DNA of 64,000 nucleotides from Octopus sinensis. Taxonomy: Eukaryota. The notes beneath the pieces were generated by a model. It was not told the DNA's origin, made no database searches, and worked only from the letters and a program-made list of their open reading frames with translations. The position numbers and the translations under genes were made by a program. This document shows, piece by piece, positions 25,076 through 37,748 of this stretch (positions are counted from its first letter, which is position 1; each line of letters starts with the position of its first letter). The stretch spans positions 31,124,001 through 31,188,000 of the forward strand of contig NC_043017.1 in NCBI RefSeq assembly GCF_006345805.1, written 5' to 3'.

Positions 25076-28000
25076 GAGGGCATTATACATACATGCCAGG
25101 AGGCATTCTACATACACGCCATACGCTAAGAGGGACAATCAGTCATTTCTACCAAAAATATTACTAATCCTACCGAATGCATTTTTCAAAGAAAGACATT
25201 TAAAAATATATAGACCTGTATCACAGTGATTTCATACTTACGTAATCATCAGCAGGCCTGAATATACTATAAATAAACAACGACCCTGCTTCGCTTAAGC
25301 CGATCAGCTAACTGGTCAACATCAACGAAGCACATGTGAATTTATATATACTATCCGGATGAATGGCAAACTTTTACGAATTGCATTTCGGGAGAGGAAA
25401 AGTTTTTTCGGAATAAAAATTTAGCAATTAAGGACAACTACTTAATAAGGAAAACTTAACAAGAAATTGTCAGGTAGATAGCGTAAAAACCTCATAAGAG
25501 AAAAAATTTCGAAAATAATTATTTCTTATTGAACATATTAATTTATATATAGAGGGCATTATACATACATGCCAGGAGGCATTCTACATACACGCCATAC
25601 GCTAAGAGGGACAATCAGTCATTTCTACCAAAAATATTACTAATCCTACCGAATGCAATTTTTCAAAGAAAGACATTTAAAAATATATAGACCTGTATCA
25701 CAGTGATTTCATACTTACGTAATCATCAGCAGGCCTGAATATACTATAAATAAACCAACGACCCTGCTTCGCTTAAGCCGATCAGCTAACTGGTCAACAT
25801 CAACGAAGCACATGGGTGAATTTATATATACTATATCCGGATGAATGGCAAACTTTTACGAATTGCATTCGGGAGAGGAAAAGTTTTTTCGGAATAAAAA
25901 TTTAGCAATTAAGGACAACTACTTAATAAGGAAAACTTAACAGAAATTGTCAGGTAGATAGCGTAAAAACCTCATAAGAGAAAAAATTTCGAAAATAATT
26001 ATTTCTTATTGAACATATTAATTTATATATAGAGGGCATTATACATACATGCCAGGAGGCATTCTACATACACGCCATACGCTAAGAGGGACAATCAGTC
26101 ATTTCTACCAAAAATATTACTAATCCTACCGAATGCAATTTTTCAAAGAAAGACATTTAAAAATATATAGACCTGTATCACAGTGATTTCATACTTACGT
26201 AATCATCAGCAGGCCTGAATATACTATAAATAAACAACGACCCTGCTTCGCTTAAGCCGATCAGCTAACTGGTCAACATCAACGAAGCACATGGGTGAAT
26301 TATATATACTATATCCTGATGAATGGCAAACTTTTACGAATTGCATTTCGGGAGAGGAAAAGTTTTTTCGGAATAAAAATTTAGCAATTAAGGACAACTA
26401 CTTAATAAGGAAAACTTAACAAGAAATTGTCAGGTAGATAGCGTAAAAACCTCATAAGAGAAGAAATTTCGAAAATAATTATTTCTTATTGAACATATTA
26501 ATTTATATATAGAGGGCATTATACATACATCCAGGAGGCATTCTACATACACGCATACGCTAAGAGGGACAATCAGTCATTTCTACCAAAAATTATTACT
26601 AATCCTACCGAATGCAATTTTTCAAAGAAAGACATTTAAAATATATAGACCTGTATCACAGTGATTTCATACTTACGTAATCATCAGCAGGCCTGAATAT
26701 ACTATAAATAAACAACGACCCTGCTTCGCTTAAGCCGATCAGCTAACTGGTCAACATCAACGAAGCACATGGGTGAATTTATATATACTATATCCGGATG
26801 AATGGCAAACTTTTACGAATTGCATTTCGGGAGAGGAAAAGTTTTTTTCGGATAAAAATTAGCAATTAAGGACAACTACTTAATAAGGAAAACTTAACAA
26901 GAAATTGTCAGGTAGATAGCGTAAAAACCTCATAAGAGAAAAAATTTCGAAAATAATTATTTCTTATTGAACATATTAATTTATATATAGAGGGCATTAT
27001 ACATACATGCCAGGAGGCATTCTACATACACGCCATACGCTAAGAGGGACAATCAGTCATTTCTACCAAAAATATTACTAATCCTACCGAATGCAATTTT
27101 TCAAAGAAAGACATTTAAAAATATATAGACCTGTATCACAGTGATTTCATACTTACGTAATCATCAGCAGGCTGAAATATATAAATAAAAACGACCCTGC
27201 TTCGCTTAAGCCGATCAGCTAACTGGTCAACATCAACGAAGCACATGGGTGAATTTATATATACTATATCCGGATGAATGGCAAACTTTTACGAATTGCA
27301 TTTCGGGAGAGAAAAGCTTTTTCGGAATAAAAATTAGCAATTAAGGACAACTACTTAATAGGAAAACTTAACAAGAAATTGTCAGGTAGATAGCGTAAAA
27401 ACCTCATAAGAGAAAAAATTTCGAAAATAATTATTTCTTATTGAACATATTAATTTTATATAGAGGGCATTATACATACATGCCAGGAGGCATTCTACAT
27501 ACACGCCATACGCTAAGAGGGACAATCAGTCATTTCTACCAAAAATATTACTAATCCTACCGAATGCAATTTTTCAAAGAAAGACATTAAAAATATATAG
27601 ACCTGTATCACAGTGATTTCATACTTACGTAATCATCAGCAGGCCTGAATATACTATAAATAAACAACGACCCTGCTTCGCTTAAGCCGATCAGCTAACT
27701 GGTCAACATCAACGAAGCACATGGGTGAATTTATATATACTATATCCGGATGAATGGCAAACTTTTACGAATTGCATTTCGGGAGAGGAAAAGTTTTTTC
27801 GGAATAAAAATTTAGCAATTAAGGAAACTACTTAATAAGGAAAACTTAACAAGAAATTGTCAGGTAGATAGCGTAAAAACCTCATAAGAGAAAAAATTTC
27901 GAAAATAATTATTTCTTATTGAACATATTAATTTATATATAGAGGGCATTATACATACATGCCAGGAGGCATTCTACATACACGCCATACGCTAAGAGGG

Positions 28001-28871
28001 ACAATCAGTCATTTCTACCAAAAATATTACTAATCCTACCGAATGCAATTTTTCAAAGAAAGACATTTAAAAATATATAGACCTGTATCACAGTGATTTC
28101 ATACTTACGTAATCATCAGCAGGCCTGAATATACTATAAATAAACAACGACCTGCTTCGCTTAAGCCGATCAGCTAACTGGTCAACATCAACGAAGCACA
28201 TGGGTGAATTTATATATACTATATCCGGATGAATGGCAAACTTTTACGAATTGCATTTCGGGAGAGGAAAAGCTTTTTCGGAATAAAAATTTAGCAATTA
28301 AGGACAACTACTTAATAAGGAAAACTTAACAAGAAATTGTCAGGTAGATAGCGTAAAAACCTCATAAGAGAAAAAATTCGAAAATAATTATTTCTTATTG
28401 AACATATTAATTTATATATAGAGGGCATTATACATACATGCCAGGAGGCATTCTACATACACGCCATACGCTAAGAGGGACAATCAGTCATTTCTACCAA
28501 AAATATTACTAATCCTACCGAATGCAATTTTTCAAAGAAGACATTTAAAATATATAGACCTGTATCACAGTGATTTCATACTTACGTAATCATCAGCAGG
28601 CCTGAATATACTATAAATAAACAACGACCCTGCTTCGCTTAAGCCGATCAGCTAACTGGTCAACATCAACGAAGCACATGGGTGAATTTATAATACTATA
28701 TCCGGATGAATGGCAAACTTTTACGAATTGCATTTCGGGAGAGGAAAAGTTTTTTCGAATAAAAATTTAGCAATTAAGGACAACTACTTAATAAGAAAAC
28801 TTAACAAGAAATTGTCAGGTAGATAGCGTAAAAACCTCATAAGAGAAAAAATTCGAAAATAATTATTCTTA
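25066..28871 (-). repeat. Tandem array of a ~481-bp HHR-bearing unit, left arm (about 8 units; ribozyme on the minus strand)
   Basis: The unit starting TATATAGAGGGCATTATACATACATGCCAGGAGG recurs every ~480 bp (25070, 25550, 26030, 26510, 26990, 27460, 27940, 28420). Copies differ almost only by 1-2 bp indels. Confidence 0.97.
25213..25258 (-). ncRNA. Type I hammerhead ribozyme (representative of 8 minus-strand copies)
   Basis: Plus strand reads GACCTGTATCACAGTGATTTCATACTTACGTAATCATCAGCAGGCC. Copies start at 25213, 25690, 26170, 26648, 27128, 27600, 28080 and 28557. The minus strand carries an intact CUGAUGA...GAAA...AUA core with stems I-III. Confidence 0.8.
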
Positions 28872-28880
28872 TTGAACATA

Positions 28881-31858
28881 TAAGAAATAATTATTTTCGA
28901 AATTTTTTCTTATGAGGTTTTTACGCTATCTACCTGACAATTTCTTGTTAAGTTTTCCTTATTAAGTAGTTGTCCTTAATTGCTAAATTTTTATTCCGAA
29001 AAAATTTTCCTCTCCCGAAATGCAATTCGTAAAAGTTTGCCATTCATCCGGATATAGTATATATAAATTCACCCATGTGCTTCGTTGATGTGGACCAGTT
29101 AGCTGATCGGCTTAAGCGAAGCAGGGTCGTTGTTTATTTATAGTATATTCAGGCCTGCTGATGATTACGTAAGTATGAAATCACTGTGATACAGGTCTAT
29201 AGTTTTAAAGTCTTTCTTTGAAAAATTGCATTCGGTAGGATTAGTAATATTTTTGGTAGAAGTGACTGATTGTCCCTCTTAGCGTATGGCGTGTATGTAG
29301 AATGCCTCTGGCATGGCATGTATGTATAATGCCCTCTATATATAAATTAATATGTTCAATAAGAAATAATTATTTTCGAAATTTTTTCTCTTATGAGGTT
29401 TTTACGCTATCTACCTGACAATTTCTTGTTAAGTTTTCCTTATTAAGTAGTTGTCCTTAATTGCTAAATTTTTATTCCGAAAAAACTTTTCCTCTCCCGA
29501 AATGCAATTCGTAAAAGTTGCCATTCATCCGGATATAGTATATAAATTCACCCATGTGCTTCGTTGATGTTGACCAGTTAGCTGATCGGCTTAAGCGAAG
29601 CAGGGTCGTTGTTTATTTATAGTATATCAGGCCTGCTGATGATTACGTAAGTATGAAATCACTGTGATACAGGTCTATATATTTTTAAATGTCTTTCTTT
29701 GAAAAATTGCATTCGGTAGGATTAGTAATATTTTTGGTAGAAATGACTGATTGTCCCTCTTAGCGTATGGCGGTGTATGTAGAATGCCTCCTGGCATGTA
29801 TGTATAATGCCCTCTATATAAATTAATATGTTCAATAAGAAATATTATTTTCGAAATTTTTTCTCTTATGAGGTTTTTACGCTATCTACCTGACAATTCT
29901 TGTTAAGTTTTCCTTATTAAGTAGTTGTCCTTAATTGCTAAAATTTTTATTCCGAAAAAACTTTTCCTCTCCCGAAATGCAATTCGTAAAAGTTTGCCAT
30001 TCATCCGGATATAGTATATATATTCACCCATGTGCTTCGTTGATGTTGACCAGTTAGCTGATCGGCTTAAGCGAAGCAGGGTCGTTGTTTATTTATAGTA
30101 TATTCAGGCCTGCTGATGATTACGTAAGTATGAAATCACAGTGATACAGGTCTATATTTTTTAAATGTCTTTCTTTGAAAAATTGCATTCGGTAGGATTA
30201 GTAATATTTTTGGTAGAAATGACTGATTGTCCCTCTTAGCGTATGGCGTGTATGTAGAATGCCTCCTGGCATGTATGTATAATGCCCTCTATAATAAATA
30301 ATATGTTCAATAAGAAATAATTATTTTCGAAATTTTTTCTCTTATGAGGTTTTTACGCTATCTACCTGACAATTTCTTGTAAGTTTTCCTTATTAAGTAG
30401 TTGTCCTTAATTGCTAAATTTATTCCGAAAAAACTTTTCCTCTCCCGAAATGCAATTCGTAAAAGTTTGCCATTCATCCGGATATAGTATATATAAATTC
30501 ACCCATGTGCTTCGTTGATGTTGACCAGTTAGCTGATCGGCTTAGAGCGAAGCAGGGTCGTTGTTTATTTATAGTATATTCAGGCCTGCTGATGATTACG
30601 TAAGTATGAAATCACTGTGATACAGGTCTATATATTTTTAAATGTCTTTCTTTGAAAAATTGCATTCGGTAGGATTAGTAATATTTTTGGTAGAAATGAC
30701 TGATTGTCCCTCTTAGCGTATGGCGTGTATGTAGAATGCCTCCTGGCATGTATGTATAATGCCCTCTATATATAAATTAATATGTTCAATAAGAAATAAT
30801 TATTTTCGAAATTTTTTCTCTTATGAGGTTTTTACGCTATCTACCTGACAATTTCTTGTTAAGTTTTCCTTATTAAGTAGTTGTCCTTAATTGCTAAATT
30901 TTTATTCCGAAAAAACTTTTCCTCTCCCGAAATGCAATTCGTAAAAGTTTGCCATTCATCCGGATATAGTATATATAAATTCACCCATGTGCTTCGTTGA
31001 TGTTGACCAGTTAGCTGATCGGCTTAAGCGAAGCAGGGTCGTTGTTTATTTATAGTATATTCAGGCCTGCTGATGATTACGTAAGTATGAAATCACTGTG
31101 ATACAGGTCTATATATTTTTAAATGTCTTTCTTTGAAAAATGCATTCGGTAGGATTAGTAATATTTTTGGTAGAAATGACTGATTGTCCCTCTTAGCGTA
31201 TGGCGTGTATGTAGAATGCCTCCTGGCATGTATGTATAATGCCCTCTATATATAAATTAATATTTCAATAAGAAATAATTATTTTCGAAATTTTTTCTCT
31301 TATGAGGTTTTTACGCTATCTACCTGACAATTTCTTGTTAAGTTTTCCTTATTAAGTAGTTGTCCTTAATTGCTAAATTTTTATTCCGAAAAAACTTTTC
31401 CTCTCCCGAAATGCAATTCGTAAAAGTTTGCCATTCATCCGGATATAGTATATATAAATTCACCCATGTGCTTCGTTGATGTTGACCAGTTAGCTGATCG
31501 GCTTAAGCGAAGCAGGGTCGTTGTTTATTTATAGTATATTCAGGCCTGCTGATGATTACGTAAGTATGAAATCACTGTGATACAGGTCTATATATTTTTA
31601 AATGTCTTTCTTTGAAAAATTGCATTCGGTAGGATTAGTAATATTTTTGGTAGAAATGACTGATTGTCCCTCTTAGCGTATGGCGTGTATGTAGAATGCC
31701 TCCTGGCATGTATGTATAATGCCCTCTATATATAAATTAATATGTTCAATAAGAAATAATTATTTTCGAAATTTTTTCTCTTATGAGGTTTTTACGCTAT
31801 CTACCTGACAATTTCTTGTTAAGTTTTCCTTATTAAGTAGTTGTCCTTAATTGCTAAA
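28881..31858 (+). repeat. Tandem array of the same ~481-bp unit in inverted orientation, right arm (about 6.2 units; ribozyme on the plus strand)
   Basis: Reverse complement of the left-arm unit. An error-free period measures 481 bp (31320 to 31801). It ends at TTGCTAAAT in a (TA)n tract. Confidence 0.97.
31054..31117 (+). ncRNA. Type I hammerhead ribozyme with extended stem I (representative of 6 plus-strand copies)
   Basis: Stem I is GGCCTG (31064-69) / CAGGTC (31104-09). CTGATGA is at 31070-76. Stem II is TAC-GTAA-GTA with a flanking U.U. GAAA is at 31089-92. Stem III is ATCAC-T-GTGAT. Predicted cleavage is after AUA (31103). Stem I of the plus copies starts at 29152, 29630, 30107, 30583, 31064 and 31543. 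Confidence 0.8.
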
Positions 31859-32986
31859 TATATATATATATATATATATAGCGAGAGAGAGAGAGGGGGA
31901 GAGTAAACAGGTGAGATCCAGAGTAAAGGTCATATGATTTGAACTGACACTGAATTTTTACCGAGGACTGAGTCCGCGGTTTAAGGGTTGGCTATAAGAG
32001 AAATCCAATCAAGCTTTAATGGATAGAGTCATGCAGATTAACACGATTGAGCTTGATAAACAAAATATACATACATAAAGACATGTAAATATACAGGGAT
32101 GTATATATAAAGAGAAGCAAAAACTTAAAATATTCAGATGAACATTCGTGTTTAAGCATGTAGATATTTATATATTTACCGGAAAAATTTACAATGAGTG
32201 TAAAAAGAAAGTGAAAATATGAGCAGAGGTAGGGTATTTGAAGTCCGACAGTTGTTTCTGGGAGTTCATAATTACGTTAGAGTTGTAATGTACATAATTA
32301 GTAGATGTAGTGTGCAAAAGCAGATGATGCATATAAACAGGTCTCCACCATCGACAACTAGCCGGTATGTATGTATGTATGTATGTATGTATGTATGTAT
32401 GTATGTATGTATGTATGTACGTCTGGATGAATATACGTATACACACATATAATATAACCAGCACATATATCTCTTAGAGATGTCATAAATATTTAGTATT
32501 TAGAAACTTAGAGGAAAAAATTAAAATAGTTTCCTTATGCAGTAAAAACAATGCTGTAAAGTATTTCGATGCAGCAAAAACAATAAATAATGGCCTTCAA
32601 CATTTTATATCGAAATATTTTTAACCCACTATTTAGACGACGTTATTTATAACTTTATCTGTTTCGAAGTATACCTTTGCAAAAGTGAACAACTTCATAT
32701 ACATACATACATATATATACATTCATATATATATATATATATACATGCACACATGCATATATATATATGTCTATGTGTGCGTGATGGTGTGTCTTTTCTG
32801 TGTGTGTATGTGTACAAATAAAAGAAAATATCATTTAGAAATATAATGAAGTTATATATTGAAGTTATATATTTTGTAACAACTCCGGATACGATTGTAT
32901 TTCTTGTAATCAGACGTTACTAGAGATAACACCTGATAACTTCTCATATATATATGAATTTGCGTGTGTGTGTGTGTACGTATATA

Positions 32987-33034
<48 letters not shown>

Positions 33035-33058
33035 TACAAACACTCATATAAATGATAT

Positions 33059-33107
<49 letters not shown>

Positions 33108-33949
33108 TTGCCTTAAATAATGACGTCAAATATGCTTATCTTAATTAAATGTCTTCAGGATGATTGTAAAATAAAGTGAAAATATATGTGATTCGTTAAT
33201 GTTCATGCCAAAAGTCGGAAAACAGGAAATTGACGTCTGTTTAAATTAAAGGGAAGATTGATATCATTGGGTGTTAAAATTGTTCCTGGGAAAATTACCT
33301 ATCGTCTGCTATTACAGCCAGATATTTTTGTCTGTTTAGTCAAGGTTACTCTACATACTTACATGATGGCTGACATTCGTTTCCATATATGAACATCGCT
33401 AGCTAATAAAACAATCATGTTTTACATTGTTAATGTAGGCCTGTTAATCTCTTGCATGTCATTTGTCAGACTTTATAAACAAAGCTGCTTATGTGAACAC
33501 AGGCAAGCACATATATTCCTTGATGCGTGTAGCATCGTTGTTTTTAAGCCATCAATATATTTGCGACAGTTCCAACTCGTAATAAATGTTGACTATATTT
33601 TTTTCATTACTGAATAAAAACTTTGCATAATTATTGGCTTCAAATTTTTCGCTCAAGGCTAGCGATTTAAGGAGAAGGGGGGGGGTAGACGATTACATCG
33701 ACCCCCAGAGATCAGCTGGTACTTATTTTATGGACCCCAGAAGAATGAAAGGAAAATCTGACAACTGCGGGATTTGAACTGAGAAAGAGAGTAAGAGAGT
33801 TCCGGAAGAAAAACCGCTGAGGAATTTTATCCAACTCTCTACCGCTTCTACTTTTAGTTTTATATAAACGTGCGAGCAAATATTTGATGGACTAAACACA
33901 CACCATAAACTTAACAAATTGGGACGCTTTCTTGTAGTTTGTGTAATGC

Positions 33950-34520
33950 AAAACGTTTTGAAAATTATCCGTGCTATTCTTTAACAGATATCTTTATTGG
34001 CACTCACCAAAAGCATTTCATTCCCAGTTGACCTACCTTATTTTAGATGCTTTTAAGAAGGACTTTATAGAATCAGTAAAACGGTGGTGCTTTTGTTTTT
34101 GTTGAAGGTTCCCTCTCTATATACATTCCTATTGTCACACTCTGAACATTAAAAGTTTTTAATGAAAATATTTTAGATGTTCTCCCCAAACGGCTATCCA
34201 GATGCTTACTTGATGGAATATTTCTTAAAATCGCGGCTTCCCTACGTGTTGTCAGCATCGACGCATACATTCCCTAATGGATATCCTCTTTCCTTAATAA
34301 CTTTAATTTAGCAAATCTTGTATTCAGTGTGATGTATAAGAGCTACTGGATTTTACTGAAAATGCTTTGAAATCTTATGTGAAGCTTCATGTACACACAT
34401 TCAAAGTAATCTTGAAGTGACTTTGTAGTGCATGTTTCCGATCTAGAAAGAAAATTATATTTAATAATTTTTTTAAATTACCAAGCTTGTTAATTATAAC
34501 AATATAGATTGCCAGACGTT
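33950..34520 (-). pseudogene. Highly decayed RTE LINE 3' region
   Basis: Stop-rich minus frame reads ...RGNLQQKQKHHRFTDSIKSFLKASKIR*VNWE*NA..., resembling the RTE G.R..G.P..RF.D.IK..LK...WE motif. Confidence 0.45.
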
Positions 34521-35322
34521 TCGAAATTGTTACAAACATTCCAGACTTGCTTTTGCGTAACAAGTACTCTTTACTGCATCCTCAAAGACAAAATCAACAG
34601 CTGTTCCTTTACTCCACAAATGAAGTATCACTGAAGGAATGAATGATGGTCATGTGTTCAGTTATGGATGCATTGCGAAAAAGGCCGAGATTGCTGCGGT
34701 ATTCGCAAAAGAGTATTGTCAACGAATCCTAACCAAATAGTTGACGAAATTTAAGCATAAATTCTGGATTACGGAAGAAAAAAAAACCGCTAGGTAATAC
34801 TGCAATTTTATAGAGAATTCCACAAATAATAAGACTAGTTGCAGGGATTGCTGTGTAGTTTAGAGGTTCGCTTTGCAACCGCATTGCTTTGGGTTCAGTC
34901 ACATCGCATCGTCGTTGGACAAGTTCCATCAACTATATCCCGTGATATAGTTACCGGCATAATTGCCATAAAGAGATACAGGGTGTGTGCACGTTCTTAT
35001 CACTTCTCTTTGATGGTGATGTCTATGTTTTTGAGGAGGTCAGAACTTTGCCAAATGTATAATGTAACCCGATCACAAAGTAAAATACCCCGGGTGTCAT
35101 GGAAGGGAACACTTTGATTTAGACGAATTATAAATGGTACAGTCACATTTACATGTATATACTAACATACATAAAAACATGCAGTACACAAGCATATGTT
35201 TATTGGAAAGATGTAACAGTCTTCATTCAAGCATTTCAAAACCAACGACTATATCCAAGCTTGATGGTTTCATTAAGGAAATTTCTTATAACCATTTTAG
35301 TTACATTACATTATGAAAGCCA

Positions 35323-35547
35323 CGCTGGCAGAATCGTTAGCACGCCGGGCGAAATGCTTAGCCGTATTTCGTCTGCCGTTACGTTCTGAGTTCAAATTCC
35401 GCCGAGGTCGACTTTGCCTTTCATTCTTTCGGGGTCGATTAAATAAGTACCAGTAACGGACTGGGGTCGATATAATCGACTTAATCCATTTGTCTGTCCT
35501 TGTTTGTCCCCTCTGTGTTTAGCTCCTAGTGGGTAGTAAAGAAATAG
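35323..35547 (+). mobile_element. tRNA-derived SINE, family A, with TSD
   Basis: Flanked by TTAC(A/G)TTATGAAAGCCA at 35306-35322 and 35548-35564, a 17-bp TSD with 1 mismatch. Confidence 0.9.
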
Positions 35548-35660
35548 TTACGTTATGAAAGCCATTTTTCTGATAAACTCGTAGACGCCATATTTAAAAT
35601 AAGTTAAGGGTAATTCCTCAAGATATGATAACAGTTAATGTTATTGATAAGTCGGATATA

Positions 35661-36059
35661 CTCTTTTAATCTTTTACTTGTTTCAGTCCTTTGACTGTGG
35701 CCATGCTGGAGCACCGCCTTTAGTCGAGCAAATCGACACCAGGACTTATTCTTTGTAAGCCTAGTACTTATTCTATCGGTCTCTTTGCCGAACCGCTAAG
35801 TTACGGGGACGTAAACACACCAGCATCGGTTGCCAAGCGATGTTGGTGGGTACAAACACAGACACACAAACACACACACATATATATATATATACATATA
35901 TACGACGGGCTTCTTTCAGTTTCCGTCTACCAAATCCACTCACAAGGCATTGGTCGGCCTGAGGCTATAGGAGAAGACCCTAGCCCAAAGTGCCACGCAG
36001 TGGGATTGAACCCGGAACCATGTGGCTGGTAAGCAAGCTACTTACCACACAGCCACTTC
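35661..36059 (-). mobile_element. CORE-type SINE, family B
   Basis: Full-length match to the 20931 copy. Confidence 0.85.
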
Positions 36060-36362
36060 TATGTATCTTTAATTTATATTTGTATTTTATTATAAGCTCA
36101 GTGTCCATAAATATTGATTTCAGATTTTGGCCCGAGGCCAGCAATACCGGGTGATGATAACATGATTATAACGACCCCATTGCTCAACTGGTAATGATTT
36201 TATCGATCTCGAAGGACCGAAAAGCAAAGTCGGTGACGATATGCCACTAAGCGTGTCTGTTTGTGTGTTTGTATGTGTATGTGTGAGTGTAATGATTTTA
36301 TATTCGGGTATTGACATTTTGGTATGCTGCTTAACATGAGTTTTTCGTGTAGACGTGCAGAG

Positions 36363-36363
<1 letters not shown>

Positions 36364-36400
<37 letters not shown>

Positions 36401-36401
36401 T

Positions 36402-36445
<44 letters not shown>

Positions 36446-36510
36446 ATACTACTAATACTACTAATACTACTATTACTACTATTACTACTACTGCTACTAC
36501 TACTATCACC
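36364..36510 (+). repeat. (TAC)n / (TAA)n trinucleotide repeat
   Basis: Direct reading of the sequence. It is the source of the poly-T, poly-V and poly-S ORFs. Confidence 0.95.
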
Positions 36511-36779
36511 AAAATGTATTGCAATGGAAATAAGTGAAATAGAGGTTAAAGTGACCGGAGGAGATGCATCTGAACCTGCGATGCACCACAACTGCTTGTA
36601 CAGCATCTCACCAGCGAGGCAACCGATGCACGATGGGCCGAAACGATCGTAGTGAATACTAATCTCGTGGATTCCATTTTCTGTCTTTCATATTTGTTTT
36701 TATGTGTGTATATGTGTGTATAGATATATAAGTATTTAAATACATGTACACATACAAACTTGCATACATCGTTCGCTCG

Positions 36780-36824
<45 letters not shown>

Positions 36825-37301
36825 CGAGCAAGATATAATTATGTGAAATTCTCATATGGCAATAGTCACACATTCACTAATAATCACATTTGTGTACAGG
36901 CAGACAATCACACGAGACAATATTGCATATTACAAAATTTCACAAGCCACTGGTTACAAGATATATGACTGAATTCTCGACGGGTTTGACATACTTGTTT
37001 TCAAAAATTGTTGATGTAAACATTGTTTTAATTTACAGTTATATCCGACGTTTATTATTATTATTATTATTAGTAGTAGTAGTAGTAGTAGTAGTAATAA
37101 TAGTAGTAGTAGTAGTAGCAGTAGTATTGTCGTTGTCGTTGTTGTTGTTATTATTGTTGTTATATATGTGTACGTACGGTGTACACACACAAATACACAT
37201 ACACACACACGTTTGCTTTATATTCACATACATCGATACATACCTAAAAACTGCTATCTAGTTTGTCAATCGTTTTATGTATGTATATATATGTATGTAT
37301 G

Positions 37302-37355
<54 letters not shown>

Positions 37356-37748
37356 ATATATATATATAATATATATATATATATATAACAAATTAATAAA
37401 TAAATCATATGCATGTATACATAACCATATGTACGTACCTACATCTAAAAAAACCTGAACACAATGAGAAACGAAAACATAAACACAAAAGGAAATGGAC
37501 ATTTTTCTTAAACAACGAAAAAATAGAGTACAGGATATACAACACAAGGAAAATTCCCCTTCTTCAGTCGCCTCTGTTTCATCTACTCCGCGTTCCGAAG
37601 GTATAGGCGAGACACGACTTCATTGAAATATTCCTTCCCGCAAAAGACAAATTAAATAAAATTTGAGATTTTTTGGAGGAGGGGTAAAAATGGTAACAAA
37701 AACAGGACAGTAAAGACAGTACGATATATATAAATATATTTTCAAACC

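Noticed and set aside
25340-25420. Second hammerhead in the opposite polarity of the array unit (CGGATGA...GAAAAGTTTTTTC; one copy near 26315 reads CTGATGA)
   Set aside because: The core has G at position 4 in nearly all copies, there is no closing stem II, and stems I and III are weak. The single CTGATGA copy is probably an error or chance.
25066-31858. CRISPR array or rDNA/histone-type tandem gene cluster
   Set aside because: The units are near-identical with no unique spacers, rRNA, snRNA or histone sequence, and the context is eukaryotic.
36608-36656. TCAC-CAGCGA-GGC...GCC-GAAAC-GATC-GTA-GTGA hammerhead-like relic
   Set aside because: The stems fit, but the CUGANGA box is badly corrupted.
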